DNA from: an uncultured delta proteobacterium
Lineage (GTDB): Bacteria; Myxococcota; Myxococcia; SLRQ01
Reading direction: 5' to 3'
DNA length: 64,000 nt
Assembly (NCBI GenBank): GCA_963727485.1
Contig: CAVSGM010000001.1
Span: 224,001-288,000, forward strand
Positions 52,329-64,000 of this stretch are shown one piece after another; within the stretch, counting starts at the first letter, position 1; every line of letters begins with the position of its first letter. The position numbers were made by a program, and so were the translations under genes. The notes beneath the pieces are model-generated. The model had not been told where the DNA came from. It ran no database searches and saw nothing but the letters and a program-made list of their open reading frames with translations.

Positions 52329-53796
52329 ATGGCCGTCTTCACCCTCGACGAGATCCTCCGCGCCACCGGGGCGCGGCACCGGCCCGCCGCCACGGCGACG
52401 GGCACGGCGTGCGCCGGTGTGTCCACCGACACCCGGACCCTCGAGCCCGGGGACCTCTTCGTGGCCCTCGCGGGCGAGCGCTTCGACGGCCACCGCTTCC
52501 TGGAGAAGGTCGCCGAGCGCGGGGCCTACGGGGCGGTGGTGGAGAAGGGTCACCCGGCCGTCGACGCCGCCGCCGGGGAGCTCGCCCTCTTCGAGGTCTT
52601 CGACACCCTCCGGGCCCTCGGCGATCTCGGCCGCCTTCCACCGCGGGCGCCTCGCCCGGGTCCCGGTGGTCGCCATCACCGGCTCCAACGGGAAGACCAC
52701 CACCAAGGAGCTCACCGCCGCCGCCCTCGGCGCCGCCCTCGGTCCCGGGCTCAAGACCCGCGGCAACCTCAACAACCTCATCGGCGTGCCCCTCACCCTC
52801 TTCGGCCTCGAGCCCGACCACCCGTTCGCGGTGGTGGAGATGGGCATGAACGCCCTGGGCGAGATCGCGCGGCTCACCGAGATCGCCGAGCCGAGGGTGG
52901 GCGTCATCACCGGCGCCGGGCCGGTGCACCTCGAGGGGCTGGGGACGGTGGACCGGGTGGCCCAGGCCAAGAGCGAGCTCTACCGGGGGCTGGCCGACGG
53001 GGCCACCTGCGTGGTGAACCTCGACGACCCCCGGCTCCCGGCGCTCGCCGACGCCGCCGGGGCGGGCACGCGCCTGGTGCAGGTGACCTTCGGCACCGGG
53101 GCCGGCGCCGACTTCCGCCCGCTGGACGTGGTCCAGGACGCCGAGGCCGGCCTTGGCTTCGAGGTCGAGGTGAGCGCGCGCTTCGGGGGCGGGCGCCTCC
53201 CGGTGCGCCTCCCGCTCCTGGGGATCCACAACGCCCTCAACGCCTGCGCCGCGCTGGCCGCCGCCGCGGCCCTGGGCGCCGACCTCGAGGCCGCCGCCGC
53301 GGGCCTGGCGCAGGTCGAGGGGGTGGGGCGGCGGCTGCGCCGGGCCGAGGGGCCCCGGGGGAGCCTCCTCCTCGACGACTGCTACAACGCCAACCTCGCC
53401 TCCATGGAGGCGGCGCTGGCCACCGGGCGCGCCGTCGCCGACGCCCGGGGCGGGCGCCTCATCGCCGCCCTCGGGGACATGCTCGAGCTCGGTGGCGCCG
53501 AGGCGAGGATGCACCGCCGCCTCGGCGAGCTCGCCGCCGAGGCCGGGGTCGCCACCCTGGTCGCCTTCGGGCCAAGGGCCCAGGCGGCCCATGACGCCGC
53601 CGGCGACGCCGTGCCCCGGCGCCTCCACACCGACGATCCCGCCGCCGCCGCCGCCTTCCTCGCCGAGGGCCTCGCCCCCGCCGACGTGGTGCTGATCAAG
53701 GGCAGCCGGGGGATGGCCATGGAGCGCATCGTCGAGCGCCTCGAGGTCGGCGCCGCGGCCACCGCCCCGGCTCCGGGGAAGGGAGGCCGCCGATGA
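52329..53796 (+). CDS. murF: D-Ala-D-Ala adding enzyme (frameshift at ~52629)
   Basis: STDTR, GERFDGH, TGSNGKTTTKE, NLNNLIGVP, EMGMN, DCYNAN, GDMLELG, KGSRG. Confidence 0.93.
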
Positions 53797-54932
53797 TCTA
53801 CTGGCTCCTCTACCCCTTGGCCGGCCGGTTCCCGGTGTTCAACGTCCTGCGCTACCCGAGCTTCCGGATGATCATGGCCGGGCTCACCGCGCTCCTGTTC
53901 AGCCTGCTCCTCGGGCCCTGGTTCATCGAGCGCCTCCGGGTCGCCCAGCACGGCATGGACACCGTGCGCGAGGACACCCCCGAGAACCACCAGAAGAAGC
54001 GCGGCACCCCGTCCATGGGCGGCCTGCTGATCCTGGCGGCGCTGCTCCTGGGCACCCTGCTCTGGGCCATCCCGACCAGCCCCCTGGTGTGGACGGTGGT
54101 CACGGTGACCGTGGGCTTCGGCGCCGTGGGCTTCGCCGACGACTGGATGAAGTTCCGCAACCGCTCCAAGGGCGTCCCCGGGAAGCTCAAGCTCCTCATC
54201 GAGGCGGCCATCACCGCGGTGGCCATCTACGCCTTCCTCACCGACCACCACCTCATCTTCTCCAGCCACTTCCCCTTCGCCACCGTCGGCTTCCGGCTCG
54301 ACACCCACGTGGCCTTCCCCTTCGTGGCCACCCACACCTTCAACCCCAACCTCGGGTGGGCCTACCCCCTCTTCGCCCTCTTCGTGGTCATGGGGACCGG
54401 CAACGCGGTGAACCTCACCGACGGCCTCGACGGGCTCGCCATCGGCCCCACCATCGTCGCCGCCGTGACCTGGCTGGTGCTCGCCTACGCCGCGGGCACG
54501 GTCATCGCCGGGTTCAACATCGCCGAGTACCTCTACATCCCCCACATCGCCGGGGCCGAGGAGCTCTCCGTCTACGCCGCGGCCATGGCCGGGGCCGGGG
54601 TCGGCTTCCTCTGGTACAACACCTACCCCGCGTCGGTGTTCATGGGCGACGTGGGGTCCCTGGCGCTGGGCGGCGGCCTGGGGATGCTGGCGGTGCTCAC
54701 CAAGAACGAGCTGGTGAGCGCCATCGTCCACGGGGTGTTCCTCCTCGAGGCCCTCTCGGTGATCCTCCAGGTGGCCTCGTTCAAGTCCACCGGGCGCCGG
54801 GTGTTCCGGATGGCGCCGGTGCACCACCACTTCGAGCTCAAGGGGTGGGCCGAGCCGAAGATCATCGTCCGCTTCTGGATCACCTCCATCATCCTCGCCG
54901 GGGTGGCGATCGCGGGGCTCAAGCTGCGATGA
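53793..54932 (+). CDS. mraY: Phospho-MurNAc-pentapeptide transferase
   Basis: GTPSMGG, DD, NAVNLTDGLDGL, FMGDVGS, APVHHHFE. Confidence 0.97.
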   Translation: MIYWLLYPLAGRFPVFNVLRYPSFRMIMAGLTALLFSLLLGPWFIERLRVAQHGMDTVREDTPENHQKKRGTPSMGGLLILAALLLGTLLWAIPTSPLVWTVVTVTVGFGAVGFADDWMKFRNRSKGVPGKLKLLIEAAITAVAIYAFLTDHHLIFSSHFPFATVGFRLDTHVAFPFVATHTFNPNLGWAYPLFALFVVMGTGNAVNLTDGLDGLAIGPTIVAAVTWLVLAYAAGTVIAGFNIAEYLYIPHIAGAEELSVYAAAMAGAGVGFLWYNTYPASVFMGDVGSLALGGGLGMLAVLTKNELVSAIVHGVFLLEALSVILQVASFKSTGRRVFRMAPVHHHFELKGWAEPKIIVRFWITSIILAGVAIAGLKLR

Positions 54933-56311
54933 CCGCGAAGCTCACCTACGGTCCGCCCTACGCCCTCGAGGGCCTCAAGGTGCTGGTGGTCGGCCTGGGC
55001 CGCTCGGGCCTCGCCGCGGCGCGCCTCTGCGCCCGGGAGGGGGCCACCGTGGTCGCCACCGATCGGCGCCCGGCCGCCGACCTCGACCTGGCGCTGCTCA
55101 CCGGTCTCGAGGTGGAGCTGGTCCTCGGGGCGCACCGGGAGGCCGACTTCACCGGCGCCGACCTCGTGGTCCTCTCCCCGGGCGTGCCCCTGGCGGCGCC
55201 GATGGTCCAGGCGGCGGTGGACGCCTTGGTCCCGGTCCTGGGCGAGGTCGAGCTGGCGGCGAGCTTCCTCACCGGCATCCCGGCCATCGCCATCACCGGC
55301 ACCAACGGCAAGAGCACCACCACCGCGCTCGTCGGCCGGATCCTCGAGGCCGGTGGCCTGCGCCCCTTCGTCGGGGGGAACCTCGGCCGGGCCCTCTCCG
55401 AGGCGGCGCTGGCCGGCGAGAAGCCCAGGTCCCTGGTCCTCGAGCTCTCCAGCTTCCAGCTGGAGACCACCGCGCGCTTCCACCCCCAGGTGGCGGTGGT
55501 CCTTAACCTCACCCCCGACCACCTCGACCGTCACGGGGACCTCGCCGGCTACGCCGCCGCCAAGGCGCGGATCTTCGCCGCCCAGACCGCCGGCGACCAC
55601 GCGGTGGTCAACGGCGACGACCCCAGGGTCAGAGGCCTCGCCGCGAACGGCGCCGCCACCGTCCACCGCTTCGGCGTGGGCGAGCCCGCGCCCGGCGGCT
55701 GCGGCATGGTCGACGGCGCGCTGGTCCTCGACCGACCGGGCGAGGCCGAGGAGCGCTACCGGGTGGACGGCCCGTCCCTCCGCGGACCCCACAACCTCGC
55801 CAACGCCGCCGCCGCGGTCCTCGCCGCCCGGTGCCTGGGCCTCGCCCCCGACGCGATCCAGTCCGGCCTCGACACCTTCCGGGGCCTGCCCCACCGCCTG
55901 GAGTCGGTGCGCAGCCGGGGCGGCATCGAGTGGGTGAACGACTCCAAGGCCACCAACCTCGAGTCGGCGCGCACGGCGCTCAACGCCTTCGACCACGGGG
56001 TCGTCTGGATTGCCGGGGGCCGGGGCAAGGGCGCGCCCTACGCCCCCCTCGCCGAGGTGGTGGGCGGCCGGGTCAAGGCGCTGCTCGGCATCGGCGAGGA
56101 CGGGCCGGTGATCGCCGAGGCCCTCGCCGACGCCGTGGACGGACCGGTGGAGGTGGTGGGCACCCTGGAGGCGGCGGTGGCCCGGGCCGCCCAGCTCGCC
56201 GGCGCCGGCGACGTGGTCCTCCTCTCGCCGGCCTGCGCCTCCTACGACCAGTTCACCGACTACGAGGCGCGGGGCACCCGGTTCAAGCACCTGGTGGAGG
56301 CGCTGCCATGA
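54929..56311 (+). CDS. murD: UDP-MurNAc-L-Ala:D-Glu ligase
   Basis: GLGRSG, SPG, TGTNGKST, GGNLG, ELSSFQL, HRLE, NDSKATN, SPACASYDQ. Confidence 0.96.
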   Translation: MTAKLTYGPPYALEGLKVLVVGLGRSGLAAARLCAREGATVVATDRRPAADLDLALLTGLEVELVLGAHREADFTGADLVVLSPGVPLAAPMVQAAVDALVPVLGEVELAASFLTGIPAIAITGTNGKSTTTALVGRILEAGGLRPFVGGNLGRALSEAALAGEKPRSLVLELSSFQLETTARFHPQVAVVLNLTPDHLDRHGDLAGYAAAKARIFAAQTAGDHAVVNGDDPRVRGLAANGAATVHRFGVGEPAPGGCGMVDGALVLDRPGEAEERYRVDGPSLRGPHNLANAAAAVLAARCLGLAPDAIQSGLDTFRGLPHRLESVRSRGGIEWVNDSKATNLESARTALNAFDHGVVWIAGGRGKGAPYAPLAEVVGGRVKALLGIGEDGPVIAEALADAVDGPVEVVGTLEAAVARAAQLAGAGDVVLLSPACASYDQFTDYEARGTRFKHLVEALP

Positions 56312-57432
56312 ACGAGCGCCGCATCGATCTGGTGCTCCTGTGCACCGTCCTCGCCCTGGCCGCCATCGGGGTGGTGATGGTCTACTCGGCGAGCGCGGTC
56401 TTCGCCGGCAAGACCCTCGGCGACCCGACCTTCTTCCTCAGGCGCCAGCTGGTGGCCCTGGCCATCGGCCTGTTGGGGATGGCGGCGATGGTGCGCCTCG
56501 GTCATGAGCGCCTCCGCCAGCTGGGACCCATGGCGCTGCTGGTGGCGATGGTGGCCCTCATCGCCATCTTCGTCCCCGGCCTCGGCCACGCCGCCGGCGG
56601 CGCCCGGCGCTGGGTGCACCTGGGCCCGGTGAACTTCCAGCCCTCCGAGCTCGCCAAGCCCGCGCTCATCCTCTACCTCGCCTGGTCGCTGTCCCGGAAG
56701 CAGGACCGGATGACCGACTTCAAGGCGGGCTTTCTGGGGCCGGTGCTCATCGCCGGGATCCCCATCGGCCTCATCCTCCTCCAGCCCGACTTCGGCACCG
56801 CGGTGTCGCTGGCCCTGGTGGTCTGCGTGATGCTCTTCGTCGCCGGCGCCCGGGTGAGCTACCTGATGGGCGCCGGGCTCCTGGCCCTGCCGGTGGTCTA
56901 CCACCTGGTCGCCAGCACCCCCTACCGGATGCGCCGGATCATGGCCTTCCTCGACCCCTGGTCGACCCGCCACGACGCCGGCTACCAGGTCGCCGAGTCG
57001 CTGATCTCCATCGGCTCCGGGGGGCTGGCCGGCGTCGGCCTCGGCGACGGACGCCAGAAGCTCTTCTTCCTCCCCGAGGCCCACACCGACTTCATCTACT
57101 CCATCATCGGCGAGGAGCTCGGCCTCATCGGCACCGTGCTCATCATCGTCCTCTTCGCGCTCTTGGTGTGGCGGGGCCTCAAGGCCGCCTACGCCGCCGA
57201 GGACGCCTTCGGGGCCTACCTCGCCCTGGGGCTCACCGCCATCCTCGGTCTCCAGGCGAGCCTCAACATGGCCGTGGCCATGGGGCTGCTGCCCACCAAG
57301 GGCCTCACGCTCCCCTTCATCTCCTACGGGGGCACCAGCCTGGTCCTGTCGCTGGTGGCGGCGGGGATATTGCTCGCGGTCTCCGCCGGGCGCGGCGGGT
57401 ACCTCAAGCCCGAGCCGGGGGCCAGGCGATGA
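56308..57432 (+). CDS. ftsW: SEDS glycosyltransferase FtsW
   Basis: [40 protein letters not shown]. Confidence 0.96.
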   Translation: MNERRIDLVLLCTVLALAAIGVVMVYSASAVFAGKTLGDPTFFLRRQLVALAIGLLGMAAMVRLGHERLRQLGPMALLVAMVALIAIFVPGLGHAAGGARRWVHLGPVNFQPSELAKPALILYLAWSLSRKQDRMTDFKAGFLGPVLIAGIPIGLILLQPDFGTAVSLALVVCVMLFVAGARVSYLMGAGLLALPVVYHLVASTPYRMRRIMAFLDPWSTRHDAGYQVAESLISIGSGGLAGVGLGDGRQKLFFLPEAHTDFIYSIIGEELGLIGTVLIIVLFALLVWRGLKAAYAAEDAFGAYLALGLTAILGLQASLNMAVAMGLLPTKGLTLPFISYGGTSLVLSLVAAGILLAVSAGRGGYLKPEPGARR

Positions 57433-58580
57433 CCCTGCGCGTCCTCATCACCGGTGGCGGCACCGGCGGCCACGTGTTCCCGGGGATCGCCCTCGCCGAG
57501 GAGTTCTCCACCCGGCACCACGAGAACGAGGTCCTCTTCGTGGGGACCGAGCGGGGCATCGAGCGCGAGGCGGTGCCCCGGGCCGGCTACCCCATCGAGT
57601 TCATCGAGGTGGTGGGCCTCAAGCGCAAGGGCGTCCTGGGCCTGGCGCGTGGCCTCCTGCGGCTGCCGCGGGCCCTGTTCCAGGCCCTGGGCATCGTGCG
57701 CCGCTACCGGCCGGGGATCGTCATCGCCGTGGGGGGCTACGCCAGTGGCCCGGTGGCGCTGGCGGCCTGGCTGCTGCGGGTGCCGGTGGTGGTCCAGGAG
57801 CAGAACGCGCTGCCGGGGCTCACCACGCGGGTGGTCTCCCGCTTCGCCCGGCGGATCTTCGTCGCCTTCGAGGCGGCGCGGTCCCACCTCCCGGCGCGCA
57901 AGGTGCTCCTCACCGGCAACCCCATCCGCCAGGCGTTGATGGAGAACTTCCTCCGCCCCACGCCCCCGCGGCCGGCCGACGCCGCGCCGGGGCTCCTGGT
58001 CTTCGGGGGCAGCCAGGGCGCCCGGGCCCTCAACGAGGCCCTGGTGGGCGCGGTGGGCCAGCTGCGCGCGCGCTTCCCCAACCTCAAGGTGGTGCACCAG
58101 ACCGGCGAGCGGGAGCACGACACCGTGGTCGCCGCCTACCGGGAGGCCGGGCTCCTGGAGACCGTCGACGTGCGCCCCTTCATCCACGAGATGTCCGAGG
58201 CCTACGCCGACTGCGACGTGGTGGTCTGCCGCGCCGGGGCCACCACCCTGGCCGAGATCACCGTGTGCAAGAAGGCGTCGATCCTGGTGCCCTTCCCCTT
58301 CGCCGCCGACGACCACCAGACCGTCAACGCGAAGGCGCTGGCCGACGCCGGGGCGGCGGTGCTCCTGCCCCAGGGAGAGCTCACCCCCGAGCGCCTCGCC
58401 GGCGAGGTGGCCGGCCTCCTCGGCGATGCCGGGCGCCGGAAGGCCATGGAGCGCGCCGCCGGCCTCATGGGTCACCCCGAGGCCGCCCGGGAGATCGCCG
58501 ACGTCTGCGTGGAGACCTGGGTCGCCGCCGGCGGCCTGGAGCGCGAGCGGCGCCAGCTTCGCAACGGGGAGGGCGGCTAG
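57429..58580 (+). CDS. murG: Lipid II glycosyltransferase
   Basis: [40 protein letters not shown]. Confidence 0.97.
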   Translation: MTLRVLITGGGTGGHVFPGIALAEEFSTRHHENEVLFVGTERGIEREAVPRAGYPIEFIEVVGLKRKGVLGLARGLLRLPRALFQALGIVRRYRPGIVIAVGGYASGPVALAAWLLRVPVVVQEQNALPGLTTRVVSRFARRIFVAFEAARSHLPARKVLLTGNPIRQALMENFLRPTPPRPADAAPGLLVFGGSQGARALNEALVGAVGQLRARFPNLKVVHQTGEREHDTVVAAYREAGLLETVDVRPFIHEMSEAYADCDVVVCRAGATTLAEITVCKKASILVPFPFAADDHQTVNAKALADAGAAVLLPQGELTPERLAGEVAGLLGDAGRRKAMERAAGLMGHPEAAREIADVCVETWVAAGGLERERRQLRNGEGG

Positions 58581-58582
58581 CC

Positions 58583-59983
58583 ATGGTCATGTTCCACGGC
58601 AAGGCGAGCCGCATCCACTTCGTGGGCATCGGCGGCATCGGGATGAGCGGCATCGCCGAGGTGCTCCTGAACCTGGGCTACGCGGTCACCGGCTCCGACC
58701 TCAAGCAGAGCGACACCACCCGCAGGCTCGAAGGCTTCGGCGCCAGCATCGTGAGGGGCCATGACCCGGCCCAGGTCGAAGGCGCCGACGTGGTGGTCAT
58801 CTCCAGCGCCGTGCCCCGGACCAACCCCGAGGTGGTCGAGGCGAGGCGCCTGGGGATCCCCGTCATCCCCCGGGCGGAGATGCTCGCCGAGCTGATGCGC
58901 CTGAAGTACGGCGTCGCCGTGGGCGGCTCCCACGGCAAGACCACCACCACCTCCATGGTCGCCCACCTCCTCCAGGCCGGGGGCCTCGATCCCACGGTGG
59001 TCGTCGGCGGCAAGGTCAACACCCTTGGCACCAACGCCCGGGTGGGGCAGGGCGACTACCTGGTCGCCGAGGCCGACGAGAGCGACGGGAGCTTCTTGGT
59101 CTACGCGCCCACCATCGCCGTGGTCACCAACATCGACGCCGAGCACCTGGACCACTACGGCTCCATGGAGGCCCTGCGCGAGGCCTTCCTCCGCTTCGTC
59201 AACCGCCTGCCCTTCTACGGCCTGGCGGTGCTCTGCCTCGACCACCCCGAGGTGCAGCACCTGTTGCCCCGGGTGGAGAAGCGCCACGTCACCTACGGCG
59301 CCGCCTCCCAGGCCGACTGGCAGCTCGGCGAGGTGCGCTACCAGGGGATGCGCGCCGAGTTCGAGGTGGGCCTGCGCGGTGAGGCCCTGGGCACCTACGC
59401 CCTCCCCATGGTCGGCCGGCACAACGTCCTCAACGCCCTGGCGGCGCTGGCCGTCGCCGAGGAGATGGGCGTCCCCCGGGAGGTGGCCCGGGAGGCGCTG
59501 GCCACCTTCGCCGGGGTGCAGCGGCGGTTCACCGTCCGCGGCGAGGTCGACGGAGTCACGGTGGTCGACGACTACGGCCACCACCCGGCGGAGATCCAGG
59601 CGGTGCTCAAGGGTGCCCGCAACGTCTTCGACCGGCGCATCGTCGCCGTGTTCCAGCCCCATCGCTACACCCGCACCCGGGACTGCCTCGACGGGTTCGC
59701 GATGAGCTTCAACGACGCGGACCTGGTCTGCGTCACCGACATCTACGCCGCCGGCGAGTCGCCCCTCGAAGGGGTGAGCGCCGAGGGGCTGGTCGACGCC
59801 ATCCGCCGCCACGGCCACCGGGACGTGACCCACACCGGCGATCTCGAGCGCACCGTCGCCGAGCTCGCCCCGCGGATCCGCGAGGGCGACCTGGTGATCA
59901 CCTTCGGCGCCGGGGACGTGTGGAAGGTCGGCACCGCCCTCCTCGAGCACCTGCGCGCGGGCCACGGGGAGGCGGCGTCATGA
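58583..59983 (+). CDS. murC: UDP-MurNAc:L-Ala ligase
   Basis: [35 protein letters not shown]. Confidence 0.97.
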   Translation: MVMFHGKASRIHFVGIGGIGMSGIAEVLLNLGYAVTGSDLKQSDTTRRLEGFGASIVRGHDPAQVEGADVVVISSAVPRTNPEVVEARRLGIPVIPRAEMLAELMRLKYGVAVGGSHGKTTTTSMVAHLLQAGGLDPTVVVGGKVNTLGTNARVGQGDYLVAEADESDGSFLVYAPTIAVVTNIDAEHLDHYGSMEALREAFLRFVNRLPFYGLAVLCLDHPEVQHLLPRVEKRHVTYGAASQADWQLGEVRYQGMRAEFEVGLRGEALGTYALPMVGRHNVLNALAALAVAEEMGVPREVAREALATFAGVQRRFTVRGEVDGVTVVDDYGHHPAEIQAVLKGARNVFDRRIVAVFQPHRYTRTRDCLDGFAMSFNDADLVCVTDIYAAGESPLEGVSAEGLVDAIRRHGHRDVTHTGDLERTVAELAPRIREGDLVITFGAGDVWKVGTALLEHLRAGHGEAAS

Positions 59984-60921
59984 CCCGGGCCGCGACCCTG
60001 AGCACCCTCGCCTGGCGGGACGACCTGGCGTCGACGGTGAAGGGCACCCTCCTCGCCGACGAGCCCCTGGCGCGCCACACCACGCTCGCCATCGGCGGCC
60101 CCGCCGAGGCCTGGTTCGAGCCGGCGGACACCGCGGATCTCGCCGGTGCCCTGTCGCTGGTGCGCCGGGCCCGGGTGCCCTACTGCGTGGTCGGCGGCGG
60201 CTCCAACCTCCTGGTCGGCGACCGCGGGGTGCGGGGCCTGGTGGTCCACCTCGGCCGGGACTCCTCCCAGGTGGAGGAGACGGAGACCGACGGCGGCGTC
60301 CGCGTGGTCTACCCCGCGGGGATGCCCACCAGCATGGTGCGCCGCCACGCCCGGGAGCGGGGGCTCATCGGCCCCGAGTTCCTCATCGGCATCCCCGGGA
60401 CCCTCGGCGGCGCCATCCAGATGAACGCCGGCACCCGCCTGGGGGAGATGGTCGACGTGGTCGCCGGCGCCGAGGTGGCGCTCCCCGAGGGGCCGCGGTG
60501 GCTCTCCGCCGAGGACTTCGGCTTCGCCTACCGGCAGGCCACCGTGCCCGAGGGCGGCGTCGTCACCCGCATCGCCCTCAACCTGAAGCGCGCCACCACC
60601 GAGGCGGCCGCCGCCGCCCGGGACGCCGCCAAGAACGAGCTGAAGCAGCGCCACGCCACCCAGCCCAAGGGAAAGAGCGCCGGCTCCATCTTCAAGAATC
60701 CCCCCGGCGACCACGCCGGCAGGCTCATCGAAGAGGTGGGCCTCAAGGGCCGTCGCGTCGGGGGCGCGGTGGTCAGCGAGGTCCACGCGAACTTCATCCT
60801 CAACGACGGCGGCGCCACCGCCCGGGACGTCCTCGCGCTCATCGAGGTCTGCCGGGACACGGTGGCGCTGGCCACCGGGGTGTTCCTCGAGCTCGAGGTC
60901 CGCCTCCTGGGAAGCTTCTGA
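59980..60921 (+). CDS. murB: UDP-N-acetylenolpyruvoylglucosamine reductase
   Basis: [40 protein letters not shown]. Confidence 0.96.
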   Translation: MTRAATLSTLAWRDDLASTVKGTLLADEPLARHTTLAIGGPAEAWFEPADTADLAGALSLVRRARVPYCVVGGGSNLLVGDRGVRGLVVHLGRDSSQVEETETDGGVRVVYPAGMPTSMVRRHARERGLIGPEFLIGIPGTLGGAIQMNAGTRLGEMVDVVAGAEVALPEGPRWLSAEDFGFAYRQATVPEGGVVTRIALNLKRATTEAAAAARDAAKNELKQRHATQPKGKSAGSIFKNPPGDHAGRLIEEVGLKGRRVGGAVVSEVHANFILNDGGATARDVLALIEVCRDTVALATGVFLELEVRLLGSF

Positions 60922-60923
60922 TC

Positions 60924-61862
<939 letters not shown>

Positions 61863-61867
61863 CGATC

Positions 61868-62701
61868 ATGGCGCGCAAGTCCAACAAGCGGCGGACGGAT
61901 CCCACGGTGGCCCGCGACAAGGTGCGCGGGGCGGCGCGGAGCGCGTTCGGCTTCGTGGCCCGGCTCCTCGGGGCGGCGGTGGTGGTCGCCGGCACCTTCG
62001 CCGCGGTCATCGCCACCTACCTGTGGATGACCACCTCCTCGCGTTTCGCGGTGCGCGAGGTGGACATCGCCGGCAACCACCACGCCACCCTCGCCGAGCT
62101 GGCGCCCCTGACCGGCCTGGCCCAGGGCACCAACCTGTTCCTGGTCAACGCCGACGAGGTCGCCGCCCGCCTCGAGTCCCACCCCTGGGTGCGCACCGCG
62201 GTGGTGCGCCGGGTCTTCCCCTCCACGGTGCAGGTCACGGTGGACGAGCACCACGCGGTGGCCCTGGTGGCCCTCGGGGGCCTCTACCTCGCCGACGCCG
62301 AGGGGCAGGTGTTCAAGCGCGCCGTCCCCGGCGACCCCATGGGGCTCCCGGTGATCACCGGCCTGAAGCGGGGCGAGGGCGAGGCCGGACGGGCCGCCCT
62401 CGAGGCCGGGGTGCGCCAGGCGCTCACGGTGGCCCGCGACTGGCGCCACTCGCCCATGGCCAAGGTGGCCCGGCTCTCGGAGATCCACCTCGATCCCCTC
62501 GCCGGCGTGAGCCTCACCGCCGCCGGCGACGCGGGGGACGGCAAGCCGATGGTGGTGCACCTCGGCCACCACGATCTCGTGCGGCGGCTTCTGCGACTGC
62601 ACCAGCTCTGGACCACCCTGTCGGCGCGCGGGCAGCGCCCCCAGGAGGTCTTTCTCGACAACCACACGCGACCACAGTGGGTGGTGGCGCGGGTGGACTG
62701 A
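61868..62701 (+). CDS. ftsQ: Cell division protein FtsQ
   Basis: TM then POTRA (IAGN, NLF, PWVRTAVVRRVFPSTVQV); position before ftsA. Confidence 0.9.
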   Translation: MARKSNKRRTDPTVARDKVRGAARSAFGFVARLLGAAVVVAGTFAAVIATYLWMTTSSRFAVREVDIAGNHHATLAELAPLTGLAQGTNLFLVNADEVAARLESHPWVRTAVVRRVFPSTVQVTVDEHHAVALVALGGLYLADAEGQVFKRAVPGDPMGLPVITGLKRGEGEAGRAALEAGVRQALTVARDWRHSPMAKVARLSEIHLDPLAGVSLTAAGDAGDGKPMVVHLGHHDLVRRLLRLHQLWTTLSARGQRPQEVFLDNHTRPQWVVARVD

Positions 62702-62786
62702 ACGCGGCATCCACGAAGGACCGGACACGGGTGAGAGCCCGGGCGACAGGGGAGACCCGAGCCAACGTCACGGTCGAGGAGGGACA

Positions 62787-64000
62787 ATGGCAAAGCGAGG
62801 CGAGCTGATCGTCGGACTCGACATCGGGACCACCAAGATCTGCGCGATCGTCGGTGAGGTCACCGAGACCGGGTCCATCGACATCATCGGAATCGGCACC
62901 CACCCGTCCAAGGGGCTGCGCAAGGGCGTGGTGATCAACATCGAGTCCACGGTGGACTCCATCAAGAAGGCCATCGAGGAGGCCGAGCTCATGGCCGGCT
63001 GCGAGATCAGCACGGTCTACGCCGGCATCGCCGGGGGGCACATCAAGGGGATTCAACAGCCACGGCGTCGTGGCGGTGAAGGACAAGGAGGTCACCAAGA
63101 CCGACGTGGACCGGGTGATCGACGCGGCCAAGGCCATCGCCATCCCCATGGACCGCGAGGTGATCCACATCCTCCCCCAGGAGTTCATCGTCGACGACCA
63201 GGACGGGATCCGCGAGCCCCTCGGGATGAGCGGGGTCCGCCTCGAGGCCCAGGTGCACATCGTCACCGGCGCGGTCACGTAGCGCCCAGAACATCATCAA
63301 GTGCGCCAACCGCTGCGGCCTCAACGTCGCCGACATCGTCCTGGAGCAGCTGGCCAGCTCCGAGGCGGTGCTCACCGACGACGAGAAGGAGCTGGGGGTG
63401 GCCCTGGTGGACATCGGCGGCGGCACCACCGACATCGCCATCTTCTCCGAGGGGGCCATCGTCCACACCAGCGTCCTGGCGGTGGGCGGCAACCACCTCA
63501 CCAACGACATCGCGGTGGGGCTGCGCACGCCCACCCACGAGGCGGAGAAGATCAAGCAGAAGTACGGCTGCGCCATGAGCGCCATGGTCGACCGCGAGGA
63601 GACCATCGAGGTCCCCAGCGTCGGCGGCCGGCCGCCCCGGGTGCTCTCCCGGCAGATCCTCTGCGAGATCATCGAGCCCCGGGTGGAAGAGATGTTCATG
63701 CTGGTGCAGCGCGAGCTCCAGAAGTCGGGCTACGAGGACCTGCTGGCCAGCGGGGTGGTCATCACCGGCGGCTCCACGCTGCTGGAGGGGATGCCCGAGC
63801 TCGCCGAGGACGTGCTGGGCCTGCCGGTGCGGCGCGGGCTGCCCCGGGGAATCGGCGGGCTGGTCGATGTGGTCAGGAGCCCGATGTACGCCACCGGCGT
63901 GGGCCTGGTGCTCTACGGCAGCCAGAACACCGACGCCAAGCACTTCCGGGTGCGCGACGAGAACGTCTACGGGAAGGTCCGGGGCCGGATGAAGTCGTGG
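62787..64000 (+). CDS. ftsA: Cell division protein FtsA, partial (frameshifts at ~63052 and ~63280)
   Basis: GLDIGTTK, AEL-MAG, DIGGGTTD, GGNHLTNDIA, AEKIK, VITGG, PMYATGVG. Confidence 0.95.

Noticed and set aside
63280..63282. In-frame TAG in ftsA as stop-codon readthrough or pyrrolysine
   Set aside because: Downstream homology continues in another frame; deleting T63280 restores VTSAQNI.

Overview
Very GC-rich bacterial chromosome segment, most likely from a myxobacterium-like organism (Myxococcota). This is inferred from MYXO-CTERM-type C-termini, a DUF2381-like gene, eukaryotic-like Ser/Thr kinases and DAG-rich linkers. Core genes include add, moeA, rpsO-pnp, dut, purB, rlmD, purC, otsAB, a 7Fe ferredoxin, a GldAFG-like ABC operon and the dcw cluster (mraZ to ftsA, truncated at the window end). 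Accessory surface-protein genes lie between them. No rRNA, tRNA, CRISPR, integrase or transposase was recognised. About 20 single-base frameshifts break genes, including the essential murF and ftsA, and probably reflect sequencing errors. Seven of them convert GATC to GAATC/GATTC, which suggests a DNA-modification-linked basecalling error. The top finding is a Ser/Thr kinase fused through a TM helix and Pro-rich linker to a VirB10/TraM-like domain, next to a VirB9/TraN-like DUF2381 gene, with no other T4SS genes in the window. This could be a secretion-core-derived trans-envelope signalling system. Other leads are a lower-GC two-lipoprotein island with a poly-G tract, NrdR-like boxes before the dcw promoter, a STAS gene inside dcw, many apparently leaderless genes, pseudo-enzymes, and structured RNA leaders at rpsO and pnp. 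All family calls come from motif recognition by eye; no database searches were run.
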